Shown here piece by piece: positions 38,300-48,737 of a stretch of DNA of 64,000 bases. The stretch is from Bacteroidales bacterium (GTDB lineage Bacteria; Bacteroidota; Bacteroidia; Bacteroidales; VadinHA17), in assembly GCA_025454755.1 (NCBI GenBank), contig JALONV010000001.1, positions 11,950 through 75,949 of the forward strand, read 5' to 3'. A program made the position numbers and the translations under genes. Under the pieces are notes generated by a model. It ran no database searches. It saw only the letters and a list, made by a program, of their open reading frames with translations, and was not told where the DNA came from. How positions within the stretch are numbered: position 1 is the first letter of the stretch; each line of letters starts with the position of its first letter.

Positions 38300-41293
38300 A
38301 TGCTTAAAATGATTTTTATATATGGAATTTCATTCTGGGCTGCCCTGTCCGGAAATGATTCCGATCAGTTCCGGCGGCTGGCGGGCAGGATATCTGACCT
38401 TAATAATGCCGGTAATACAAATGCACTATTAATGATATCTGACAGCCTGCATCGTGCTTTAAACTTGCATCATTCTGACACTGCATCGCTGGCTGAGATC
38501 TATTATTATTCAGGAGTATGTAATCTGCTTGCTCAAAAGCAGGAAAATGCACTTGTTGACTTAAATAACTGTATTTATGCAAAGAGACAAGTTGGCATTA
38601 TGGATGAGAATTATGCCAAAGCTCTTTTTAATGCTGGTTTGTCATGCTATCAGCAGGGAGACTTTATTCAGTCGATCTCGTTTATGAAAGATTACGAGAA
38701 TCTGGCAATATCAAGATATGGTGAATACAGCGGAAACCTCGCTGAGGCCTATTCAGTATTGGCCGGGGCTTCAATAGAGTATATTGACTATGAGGGATTT
38801 GTTGATTATGCATTTAAGGCTCTCAATATAATAGGAAGGAATAAGGATGCCCTTGATGGCAATCAGCTTAGCAATCTTTATAGTACTATAGGTGTCGGCT
38901 ATATCAGGATGGCAGATTTTGCAAAGGCAAAGCTTTATCTTGAAAAGTCCGAATCGTTGATTAAGGAATTCAATATCCCTCATGATGCAAACTATATAAA
39001 CCTTATAAACAGCCTTGCATATACCTATGGAGTGCTCGGTCTTCACGATGAGGAGAAAGCATACTTCAAGAAAGGTATAGATCTCGCTGTTAATAATACT
39101 TCCAGTCTGGCTTTCAATCTAATTCATTCATATGCAATAGATATTGGTAAGGCAGGTAATGTTGACAAAGGAGAAGCACTTCTGTCGGAAGTGGTTAATA
39201 AAGCACAAAACGTATATGGAACTGATTCAAGGTTTTATATGGAGGTGCTTAATAATTATGCTAAATATCTGGTTTTATTCAGATATAAGACCGGGAATGC
39301 ACTGGAAATTTATAAAGCACTCCTTGTATATGTTTCAGAGCATCAGAACGATCTCAGCCTGAGAATGGAGGTTTTATTGGGTTTTGCAAGAGCACTTCAT
39401 GAAACTGGAAATAGTGAGAATGCCCTTAGAATCATACATGACCTGCTCTTTCAATCTACATCGGTTGAGCCGGCTGATCTATTTTCAAATCCTGCACCCG
39501 ATATTGTTCCTGCTGACAGAAGCTCGCTGAGGATTATCCAGTTTAAGCATGAAATCCTTAAGAGCTTATATCAAAAAACGCAGAACAGGGATATTTTAAT
39601 TGCTTCGGCCGAAACATCTGAGCTGATAGTGGCACTGATCGGGGAAATCCGGTTAAACATCTCTGAAGAAGAAAGCAGGCTGATTCTTGGCGACCGCTAC
39701 AGGGATTCATATTTGCTGGCAATACATGATTTTGAACAATGCTACAGAATAACTGGCGAACGCAGATTCCTTGAAAAGGCTTTTGAATTTGCTGAGAGAA
39801 GCAAAGTGGCAGGTTTGCTGGCGGCAACGCGGCAGATGAAAGCCGTGGAATTCCACATCCCTCAGAATCTGGCAGAACGCGAGAAACTGTTTCAGAATGA
39901 GATTGGATTCTATAACTCCAGGATATCTGCGGAGAATGAAAAAGAAAAGCCTGATCAGACTTTGCTTGCTCAATGGACAGAGAACCTTCTTTTAAAAGTT
40001 GCTGCCCGTGATTCTCTTGTACTGACATTTGAAAGAGATTTTCCCGATTATTTCACACTCAAGTATAATACAAAGGTGCCGCTGATGAAGGAAGTATCTT
40101 CAATCACCGGAAGAAGTCATACATATATTAACTATGTAGTTGCAGATTCTGTTTTGTATGTTTTTCTGATAAACAGGAAATATCAGGAATTGATTACAAT
40201 CAAGACCGATTCATCATTCATTAAAAACCTTGCCGATTTCAGGAGTCTGCTCTCTGATCCGTCACAGTCAGAAGACGCCAGAAAGAAATTTGAGAGTTTT
40301 CAGAGTATTGGTTATGACCTCTTCAAAATTCTCATTGAGCCTGTAAAACAATTTCTCATAAGCGATAACTTGCTTATATCCCCCGATAATATCCTCTCAT
40401 ATCTTCCATTTGAAACATTTCTTACTTCAAAATATGCCGGTAATGATATTTTATACCGTAAGCTGAAATACCTGATGAATGATTATAATATATCCTATGC
40501 ATATTCAGCAACATTTATGAGGGAGACAGTAAACAGGGATATACCAGAAAGAAACAGGCTGGTTGCTTTTGCGCCTTCATATCCGCTCTATTTGAATCTC
40601 GACTCCCTTTTAACCGAGCGGCAGGCAGGATATACCATTAAAGATATTCCATTCGCCCGGCAGGAGGCTGAGTATGTTGCCGGTACTACCCACGGCTCAC
40701 TTTATCTGAATTATGAGGCAAACGAATCTGAATACAAATCGGAAGCATCCAAATATAACCTGATCCACCTGGCGATGCATACTGTTGTGAACGATCAGAA
40801 TCCTATGAATTCGGCAATGGTCTTTGCACAGGTAAAGGATTCTGTTAATGATGGTCTGCTATATACTTATGAGGTCTATGGAATACCTCTAAAGGCAAAA
40901 ATGGTAGTTTTGAGTTCCTGCAACACCGGGAGCGGAACACTTTCTTCCGGAGAAGGTATTCTCAGCCTTGCCAGAGGATTTCTTTATTCCGGCAGCGAAT
41001 CTGTGGTAATGTCACTCTGGAAGATAGAAGACAGATCAGGTACGGACATAGTTAAGAAGTTCTACGACAATCTTAGAAAAGGAATGTCGAAGAGCAAGGC
41101 ACTGAGAAAAGCAAGATATGGTTATCTTAAAAAGGCGAGTCAGCTGAAGTCGCACCCGTATTTCTGGTCAACGCTTGTGATCTTTGGCGACAATGCGCCG
41201 GTTTTCTTTCCCTGGAAAATGATTGCTGGTTCCGGACTGGTGATAATTCTCGCTGCGATTTTACTTTTCCTTTATCTCTGGAAACGCAGATAA
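38300..41293 (+). CDS. TPR-repeat / CHAT (caspase-like protease) domain protein with an N-terminal hydrophobic segment and a C-terminal TM anchor
   Basis: The CHAT dyad context is 'LIHLAMHT' (His codon 40778-40780) and 'VVLSSCNTGSG' (Cys codon 40919-40921), followed by 'ARGFLYSGSESVVMSLW'. About 800 aa of TPR-like helical repeats lie upstream. The C-terminus is 'GLVIILAAILLFLYLWKRR'. The track ORF begins at a TTG at 38246; the first ATG is 38300 ('MLKMIFIYGISFWAALSG'). Confidence 0.85.
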   Translation: MLKMIFIYGISFWAALSGNDSDQFRRLAGRISDLNNAGNTNALLMISDSLHRALNLHHSDTASLAEIYYYSGVCNLLAQKQENALVDLNNCIYAKRQVGIMDENYAKALFNAGLSCYQQGDFIQSISFMKDYENLAISRYGEYSGNLAEAYSVLAGASIEYIDYEGFVDYAFKALNIIGRNKDALDGNQLSNLYSTIGVGYIRMADFAKAKLYLEKSESLIKEFNIPHDANYINLINSLAYTYGVLGLHDEEKAYFKKGIDLAVNNTSSLAFNLIHSYAIDIGKAGNVDKGEALLSEVVNKAQNVYGTDSRFYMEVLNNYAKYLVLFRYKTGNALEIYKALLVYVSEHQNDLSLRMEVLLGFARALHETGNSENALRIIHDLLFQSTSVEPADLFSNPAPDIVPADRSSLRIIQFKHEILKSLYQKTQNRDILIASAETSELIVALIGEIRLNISEEESRLILGDRYRDSYLLAIHDFEQCYRITGERRFLEKAFEFAERSKVAGLLAATRQMKAVEFHIPQNLAEREKLFQNEIGFYNSRISAENEKEKPDQTLLAQWTENLLLKVAARDSLVLTFERDFPDYFTLKYNTKVPLMKEVSSITGRSHTYINYVVADSVLYVFLINRKYQELITIKTDSSFIKNLADFRSLLSDPSQSEDARKKFESFQSIGYDLFKILIEPVKQFLISDNLLISPDNILSYLPFETFLTSKYAGNDILYRKLKYLMNDYNISYAYSATFMRETVNRDIPERNRLVAFAPSYPLYLNLDSLLTERQAGYTIKDIPFARQEAEYVAGTTHGSLYLNYEANESEYKSEASKYNLIHLAMHTVVNDQNPMNSAMVFAQVKDSVNDGLLYTYEVYGIPLKAKMVVLSSCNTGSGTLSSGEGILSLARGFLYSGSESVVMSLWKIEDRSGTDIVKKFYDNLRKGMSKSKALRKARYGYLKKASQLKSHPYFWSTLVIFGDNAPVFFPWKMIAGSGLVIILAAILLFLYLWKRR

Positions 41294-41838
41294 TCCTGAT
41301 ATTCAGGATCTTCTTTAATCTTCTCCATCAGGGCTTCCTTGCTGAGATATTTCTTTCGCCTGGCATAATTCTCATTTTTCATTTTCATTTTTTTTGCGAT
41401 TACCTCATAAGAATTTCCTTCTGAAAAAAGTGTCAGTATTGTCTGATACTCCGGAGTAAGTTTTTCATATGCTTTGCTTACAATCCTCTCAAACAATGAT
41501 TCATTTGACTCGTCATTGCTTGTATCATCCGGAATATCTTCACGAATTTCATCTGTTTCCTTTCTCGTCCGGAGATTATTATTCCAGATATTCCTGGCAA
41601 TGCCGAAAAAATAGCCTTTAAGGTCTGTGGTCAAGACCAGGGTATTGTCACAGATCTGATTGTACAGGACAATTATTGAGTCCTGGAATACATCAGAAAC
41701 ATCATCCGTAGAACCGCTGTTTTTGATTACATGGCTTTTTACTGGCTGATAATAATTATCATATAGCCAGTTAAGGGTTTTATCATCCTGATTTTTAATA
41801 CCCTCGATAATGTTTCTATCTGATAATTTTTTAAACAA
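41272..41838 (-). CDS. Sigma-70 family RNA polymerase sigma factor (ECF-like size, regions 2 and 4)
   Basis: 188 aa. The region-2-like stretch is 'DVSDVFQDSIIVLY...YFFGIARNIWNN'. The region-4 HTH is 'LTPEYQTILTLFSEGNSYEVIAKKMKM'. TTG start. The 3' end overlaps the convergent CHAT gene by 22 nt. Confidence 0.8.
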   Translation of the reverse strand: MFKKLSDRNIIEGIKNQDDKTLNWLYDNYYQPVKSHVIKNSGSTDDVSDVFQDSIIVLYNQICDNTLVLTTDLKGYFFGIARNIWNNNLRTRKETDEIREDIPDDTSNDESNESLFERIVSKAYEKLTPEYQTILTLFSEGNSYEVIAKKMKMKNENYARRKKYLSKEALMEKIKEDPEYQDYLRFQR

Positions 41839-41907
41839 CCCCGTGTGGATAGCGAATCAAACCGCAAATATAAATATCTTTACTCATTAAACTTCCGGCG
41901 GAACCAA

Positions 41908-44094
41908 ATGACATTTCCTTTTGTCAAACAACCTGATGCCATGGATTGCGGTCCTTCATGCCTTAAAATGGTGGCAGCTTATTATAAGAAGAACTTTTCT
42001 CTCGACACAATCCGGAAGAAATGCTATATAACAAAAGAGGGTGTCTCTTTTCTGGGACTTTCCGAAGCTGCCGATTCTCTGGGTTTCCGTACAATTGGTG
42101 TAAAGATCACTTTCGAGATGCTGGCCGAAAGCGTACCACTTCCATTTATTGTTCACTGGCGGCAGAAGCATTTTATTGTTGTATACAAAGTCAAAGATGA
42201 TAAAGTCTGGGCTGCAGATCCCGCATTGGGACTTGTTAAGTTATCCCGTGAGGAATTTCTGAAAAACTGGGCATCTACAATTTTTGAAGAAAAACCTGCA
42301 GGACTTGTGCTTATAATTGAACCTACTCCGGCTCTGCTTGAGCAGGAGGAGGAACAGGAAAAATCACGCGGGTTCAGGTTTCTTTTCAAATACCTGAAAC
42401 TATACGACAAATATGTTATCCAGCTTATTCTTGGCCTTTTTCTGGGAAGCTTAATCCAACTTGTCATTCCATTTCTCACACAAGCAGTTATTGACATTGG
42501 GATAAATTCGAACAACCAGAAACTCATATACCTTATACTCTTTGCACAACTTGCCCTGGTGATCGGCAGGATGTCTGTAGAGTTCATCAGAGGCTGGCTC
42601 CTGCTTTATATCGGGACCAGAGTTAATGTGTCAGTTATCTCAGGATTTCTTCAAAAGCTGATGGCGCTTCCAATTGCATTTTTTGATACCAGGCTGACCG
42701 GAGATATTCTCCAGCGTATTGATGATAATAACAGGATTGAGGAATTTCTTACTTCGGCAAGCCTCAATATGCTGTTCTCAATCTTTAACCTTGTTATTTT
42801 TGGTATAGTCCTGGCTATTTACAGCGCAAAAATATTCCTTTTATTCATGGTCGGAGCATGTCTTTATGTCCTGTGGGTTTCCCTATTCATGAAGAAAAGA
42901 GCAAGACTTGATCAGCAGCGTTTCAGGCAGATGTCTGCTGCCGGAACGAAGATGATTACAATAATTAACGGCATGCAGGAGATCAAGCTTACTCAGAGCG
43001 AAACGAGTATGCGATGGGACTGGGAAAGAGTACAGGCTTCACTTTTCGGGCTTAAAACCAAAGCTCTTGGACTTATCCAGTATCAATCTGCAGGGGCGAC
43101 ATTCATTAATGAGGTTACAAATATTGGAATTACGGTGATCGCCGCAACTTCTGTCCTTAAAGGAGAAATGACTCTGGGCATGATGCTTGCTGTTCAGTTC
43201 ATTATCGGTCAGCTTAATGTTCCACTGAGCCAGATCATAGGATTTTTCCGTGTTTCACAGGACGCAAGGATGAGCCTGGACAGATTGTCGGAAGTGCACG
43301 AAATGCAGGATGAAGAGCCTGAACCTGAAATGAAAGTCACGAAACTGCCCGAACGGAAGAGGATCTTTATTAATAATGTTTCATACCAATATGAAGGTCC
43401 GCGCTCGCCGTTTGTCCTGAAAGATGTTGACCTTGTAATAGAAGAGAACCAAACCACTGCAATCGTAGGGTCAAGTGGAAGCGGTAAAACCACTCTTCTC
43501 AAGCTTCTTCTGGGTTTTTATCAGCCTGTAAGCGGAGAAATACTCGTTGGCAATACCCGGCTCTCAAACCTGAGTTTAAAATTATGGAGAGAAAAGACCG
43601 GAGCTGTAATGCAGGATGGTTTCCTTTTTCCGGAAACAATAGCATACAACATTGCCCCTGGCATTTCTCCAATAAATGAAGAGAGACTGATGATGGCTGT
43701 TGAGATTGCAAATATTAAAGGCTTAATTGAATCGCTGCCACTGGGGTACAATACCAGGATAGGAATAGACGGACATGGATTAAGTGAGGGACAAAAGCAG
43801 AGGCTGCTTATTGCCAGGGCAGTCTACAAGAATCCGGAGATTCTAATATTCGATGAAGCAACAAATTCGCTTGATGCCGGAACTGAAAAGGTAATTGTTG
43901 AAAACCTGTCGGGGTTTTTTACAGGAAAAACAGTCATCATTGTTGCACACAGGCTTAGCACGGTGAAGGATGCAGGAAAAATTCTGGTCATGGATGGAGG
44001 AAGGATTGTGGAAACCGGAACTCATTCTTCACTTATTGACAGCCATGGTGCTTATTATAATCTTGTGAAGAACCAGCTTGAACTTGGATCATAA
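41908..44094 (+). CDS. Peptidase C39 domain-containing ABC transporter (double-glycine peptide-cleaving exporter)
   Basis: C39 catalytic context: 'QPDAMDCGPSCLKMV' (Cys), 'WRQKHFIVVYKV' (His), 'AADPALG' (Asp). Six-TM ABC membrane domain. Walker A 'GSSGSGKTT', signature 'LSEGQKQR', Walker B 'ILIFDEAT'. The ATG at 41908 is preferred over the GTG at 41845. Confidence 0.95.
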   Translation: MTFPFVKQPDAMDCGPSCLKMVAAYYKKNFSLDTIRKKCYITKEGVSFLGLSEAADSLGFRTIGVKITFEMLAESVPLPFIVHWRQKHFIVVYKVKDDKVWAADPALGLVKLSREEFLKNWASTIFEEKPAGLVLIIEPTPALLEQEEEQEKSRGFRFLFKYLKLYDKYVIQLILGLFLGSLIQLVIPFLTQAVIDIGINSNNQKLIYLILFAQLALVIGRMSVEFIRGWLLLYIGTRVNVSVISGFLQKLMALPIAFFDTRLTGDILQRIDDNNRIEEFLTSASLNMLFSIFNLVIFGIVLAIYSAKIFLLFMVGACLYVLWVSLFMKKRARLDQQRFRQMSAAGTKMITIINGMQEIKLTQSETSMRWDWERVQASLFGLKTKALGLIQYQSAGATFINEVTNIGITVIAATSVLKGEMTLGMMLAVQFIIGQLNVPLSQIIGFFRVSQDARMSLDRLSEVHEMQDEEPEPEMKVTKLPERKRIFINNVSYQYEGPRSPFVLKDVDLVIEENQTTAIVGSSGSGKTTLLKLLLGFYQPVSGEILVGNTRLSNLSLKLWREKTGAVMQDGFLFPETIAYNIAPGISPINEERLMMAVEIANIKGLIESLPLGYNTRIGIDGHGLSEGQKQRLLIARAVYKNPEILIFDEATNSLDAGTEKVIVENLSGFFTGKTVIIVAHRLSTVKDAGKILVMDGGRIVETGTHSSLIDSHGAYYNLVKNQLELGS

Positions 44095-44103
44095 TCTATA
44101 AGG

Positions 44104-44673
44104 ATGAAGGATAATAAATTTGAAATATTGTACTCTGATCATGTAAACGATATTATCTCAAAACCTCCAAGAAAAATTGTAAGGTGGGGAACCGTCGTTA
44201 TTTTTTCAGTTTTCACACTTTTTGTATTGCTTGCCTGGATTATCAAATATCCTGATGTAATATCCGCCCCTGTGGTAATTTCGAAATCAGGTCTTCCAGC
44301 CGGGTCCGTCTCTCAAATAACAGGGGATAAGGTACCAGAAAATTCCTGCGGGTATATTGGAAGAATAAGCCTGGGAATTGAAAGATCAGGCAAGGTTGCT
44401 GTTGATCAAAAAGTAAATATCAAGGTAAGCGCATACCCGTTTTTCGAATATGGAATCTTAGAAGGGACCATCAGGTCCAAAACATTTGCTGAGTCAAGCA
44501 ATACATATGATCTGGAAGTAACACTTAATCAGGGTCTTAAAACAACTTATGGAATAACTATCGAATTCACACAGAATATGCAGGGGAGTGCAGATATACT
44601 TACAAATGATAAAAGGTTTTTGCAAAGGATCATTAATCCGCTCAGACATCAGATCACTAAAAACATCAAATGA
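44104..44673 (+). CDS. HlyD-family secretion adaptor, unusually short (189 aa; central coiled-coil/lipoyl region apparently absent)
   Basis: The N-terminus 'PPRKIVRWGTVVIFSVFTLFVLLAWIIKYPDVISAPVVI' and C-terminus 'GKVAVDQKVNIKVSAYPFFEYGILEGTI...MQGSADILTNDKRFLQRIINPL' match the two ends of Bacteroidota bacteriocin-exporter HlyD proteins. Those are normally about twice this length. Confidence 0.7.
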   Translation: MKDNKFEILYSDHVNDIISKPPRKIVRWGTVVIFSVFTLFVLLAWIIKYPDVISAPVVISKSGLPAGSVSQITGDKVPENSCGYIGRISLGIERSGKVAVDQKVNIKVSAYPFFEYGILEGTIRSKTFAESSNTYDLEVTLNQGLKTTYGITIEFTQNMQGSADILTNDKRFLQRIINPLRHQITKNIK

Positions 44674-44859
44674 TCATTTATTGCTGTCTGCATAAGGCTC
44701 ATAATCATCATCTTCCGATTTTGAAGAAAATTTCGAACGGGAATCGGAACTTTGATTCCGGCTGGTACCCTCAGCATTTTTCTTCATATACTTCCTGTAA
44801 AGACTGTACGCTACAGCCACAAGACAGGCTACAAGAATGATAATATCTTTTGTTTCCAT
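44674..44859 (-). CDS. Small single-TM protein with a charged, Ser-rich tail (hypothetical)
   Basis: 61-aa ORF with the TM helix 'IIILVACLVAVAYSLY' followed by a low-complexity acidic tail. No family recognised. Coding status is uncertain. Confidence 0.4.
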   Translation of the reverse strand: METKDIIILVACLVAVAYSLYRKYMKKNAEGTSRNQSSDSRSKFSSKSEDDDYEPYADSNK

Positions 44860-45056
44860 TTATTGATGATAAATCCGGCATAAAGATACTAAATTTTCGT
44901 CTTTAATCCTCATTTCTTCGAAATCTGCGAATAACTCAATTATTTCTCTAAAACTTTGAGTTTTAATAATATTTCAATATTTTCGTACCTTTAAAATTTT
45001 ATGCTGGTTTAGCCGGCAACGAATACAAATGAGAGCGAAACTAGAAAGGATTGGAA

Positions 45057-47051
45057 ATGACAAAGAAAAATCCGGATGACTCTGTTCTTGATGAACAATC
45101 CGGGGCATTTGACAATGCTTCCGGAACTGAGGAAAATACACAAGCTGAAAAAGCGCATGAATCTGATTCGCCGGCAGAAACTGAAAAAACCGAAGAGGTT
45201 TCGGGCGAAACAGAAGTAAAAGCAAAAAAGAGACCACGCAAAACTCGCACCGCTGCTGATGAAGAAACAGCAGAGGAACCGGAAAATGCCGAAGGCCATG
45301 ATCTGGACGAAATCGTGCTGCCACCTGTAGATTATTCAGGTTACTCAAAGAGTGAGCTTGTGGATACGGTGAAACTGATTATCGAACACAGGCCGCCAGC
45401 AGAGATAAGAAGCGATGTTGATCGTATTAAGATTCTTTTTTACAAGAAGCTTAAACAGGAATCTGAAGAGAGAAAAAATAAATTTCTGGAGGGCGGAGGA
45501 AAGATCGAAGAATACCGCGCATGGATAGATCCTTCTGAAGCACAGATAAAACATCTTCTTGAGAAATACAAGGCAAAGAAATCCGACTTCAACAAAGTTC
45601 AGGAAGCTGAAAAATACGAAAACCTCAGGAAGAAATATGAGATAATCGAAAAGATCAAAGAGCTTGTCAATCGCGAGGAATCAATCAACAAAACATTTCA
45701 TGAATTCAGATCGCTTCAGAATGAATGGCATTCCATTGGCATTGTTCCTCAGAATTCACTGAAAGACCTGTGGGAAAATTATCATCACAACGTTGAGATC
45801 TTTTACGACTATATAAAAATAAACAAGGAGCTCAGGGATCTTGATCTTAAGAAAAACCTTGAAGCTAAGGTTCTCCTGTGTGAAAAAGCTGAAGAGCTGC
45901 TTCTTGAACCCAATCCGGTTAATGCATTCAGATTCCTGCAGGATTTTCACAATCAGTGGAGAGAAATAGGCCCTGTTCCTCAGGAATCGAAAAATGAGAT
46001 CTGGGAAAGATTCAAGGAAGCCACATCTCAGATTAACAAGAGGCATCATGAGTATTTTGAGAAACAGAAGGAAGATCAGCGTAAGAATCTGGAGGCCAAG
46101 ATAGCACTCTGCCAGGAAGTCGAAGCTATCAACAAGCTTGAAATGAATAATTTCAGGGAGTTTGATGAAAAAGCCGACAAGGTGGTTGCACTTCAGAAAA
46201 TGTGGAGAACAATCGGTTTTGCTCCAAAAAAACAGAACAATAAGATATATCAGAGATTCCGGGATGCCTGCGATGCATTCTTTGAAAAGAAAAGAGGCTT
46301 CTATGCCGACAACAAGGAGATGCAGCAAAATAACCTGCAGCTGAAGATAGATCTTTGCATTCAGGCTGAAGCTCTTCAGGAAAGCACAGACTGGAAAATA
46401 ACTTCCGATGCACTCATCAAACTCCAGAAGGAATGGAAGGAGGTAGGCCCTGTCCCCAGAAAACAATCCGAGAAAAGCTGGAAAAGATTCAGGAAAGCCT
46501 GCGACCATTTCTTTGAACGTAAAACAGATCACTTTAATGAGCTGGATACATCTTATGAGGATAATCTCAAGGCAAAAATTGCGGTTATAGAAGAACTTGA
46601 AAATTTTGAACCAGGGACCGATGTACAGGCCGCATTCGACAGACTGAAAGAACTGCAGAGGAAATGGACCGAAATAGGATTTGTTCCATTCAGTAAGAAG
46701 GATGAGATCACAAACAGGTACAGGAATTCCCTTAACAAGGAATTTGACAAGCTGAAGATCGGCGATGAAGATAAAAGTATCCTGAAATATAAAAATAAAC
46801 TCGACAACCTGAAAACAAATCCCAAGTCATCGAGGAAGATCCGTAATGAACGCGAGAAATTCTTTACAAAGATCAAACAGCTTGAGAGCGATATCGTCCT
46901 GTGGGAAAATAATATTGGTTTCTTCGCCAAATCGATAAACGCTGATACTATGATACGCGAGGTGGAAGAGAAAATTGAGAACGCAAAGAAAATGATAAAG
47001 ATGCTGGAGGAAAAAGTCAAGATGATCGACCAGTCCGGCCTCGATGAATAA
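45057..47051 (+). CDS. DUF349 repeat protein
   Basis: At least five repeats of the pattern 'W(K/R).(I/V)G.(V/A)P......(I/L/S)W.RF(K/R).A.D.FF', e.g. 'NQWREIGPVPQESKNEIWERFKEA' and 'KEWKEVGPVPRKQSEKSWKRFRKACDHFF'. Acidic N-terminal tail. The ATG at 45057 lies two codons after the track's TTG. Confidence 0.8.
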   Translation: MTKKNPDDSVLDEQSGAFDNASGTEENTQAEKAHESDSPAETEKTEEVSGETEVKAKKRPRKTRTAADEETAEEPENAEGHDLDEIVLPPVDYSGYSKSELVDTVKLIIEHRPPAEIRSDVDRIKILFYKKLKQESEERKNKFLEGGGKIEEYRAWIDPSEAQIKHLLEKYKAKKSDFNKVQEAEKYENLRKKYEIIEKIKELVNREESINKTFHEFRSLQNEWHSIGIVPQNSLKDLWENYHHNVEIFYDYIKINKELRDLDLKKNLEAKVLLCEKAEELLLEPNPVNAFRFLQDFHNQWREIGPVPQESKNEIWERFKEATSQINKRHHEYFEKQKEDQRKNLEAKIALCQEVEAINKLEMNNFREFDEKADKVVALQKMWRTIGFAPKKQNNKIYQRFRDACDAFFEKKRGFYADNKEMQQNNLQLKIDLCIQAEALQESTDWKITSDALIKLQKEWKEVGPVPRKQSEKSWKRFRKACDHFFERKTDHFNELDTSYEDNLKAKIAVIEELENFEPGTDVQAAFDRLKELQRKWTEIGFVPFSKKDEITNRYRNSLNKEFDKLKIGDEDKSILKYKNKLDNLKTNPKSSRKIRNEREKFFTKIKQLESDIVLWENNIGFFAKSINADTMIREVEEKIENAKKMIKMLEEKVKMIDQSGLDE

Positions 47052-47073
47052 AGTATGCCATCAGATGCTATAA

Positions 47074-48696
<1,623 letters not shown>

Positions 48697-48737
48697 TATT
48701 GCGTTGTTATATATAAGGTTATAATTTAAAGGAAAGA

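Noticed and set aside
39558-40028. Minus-strand ORFs of 156 and 88 aa inside the TPR-CHAT gene.
   Set aside because: They are antisense to a long ORF with clear domain signatures. No start context or motifs.
45756-47020. Minus-strand ORFs of 258 aa (45756..46532) and 155 aa (46553..47020), plus the 44974..45348 group.
   Set aside because: They are antisense to the DUF349 repeat gene. The Lys/Glu-rich repeats produce long Phe/Leu-rich open antisense frames. No motifs.
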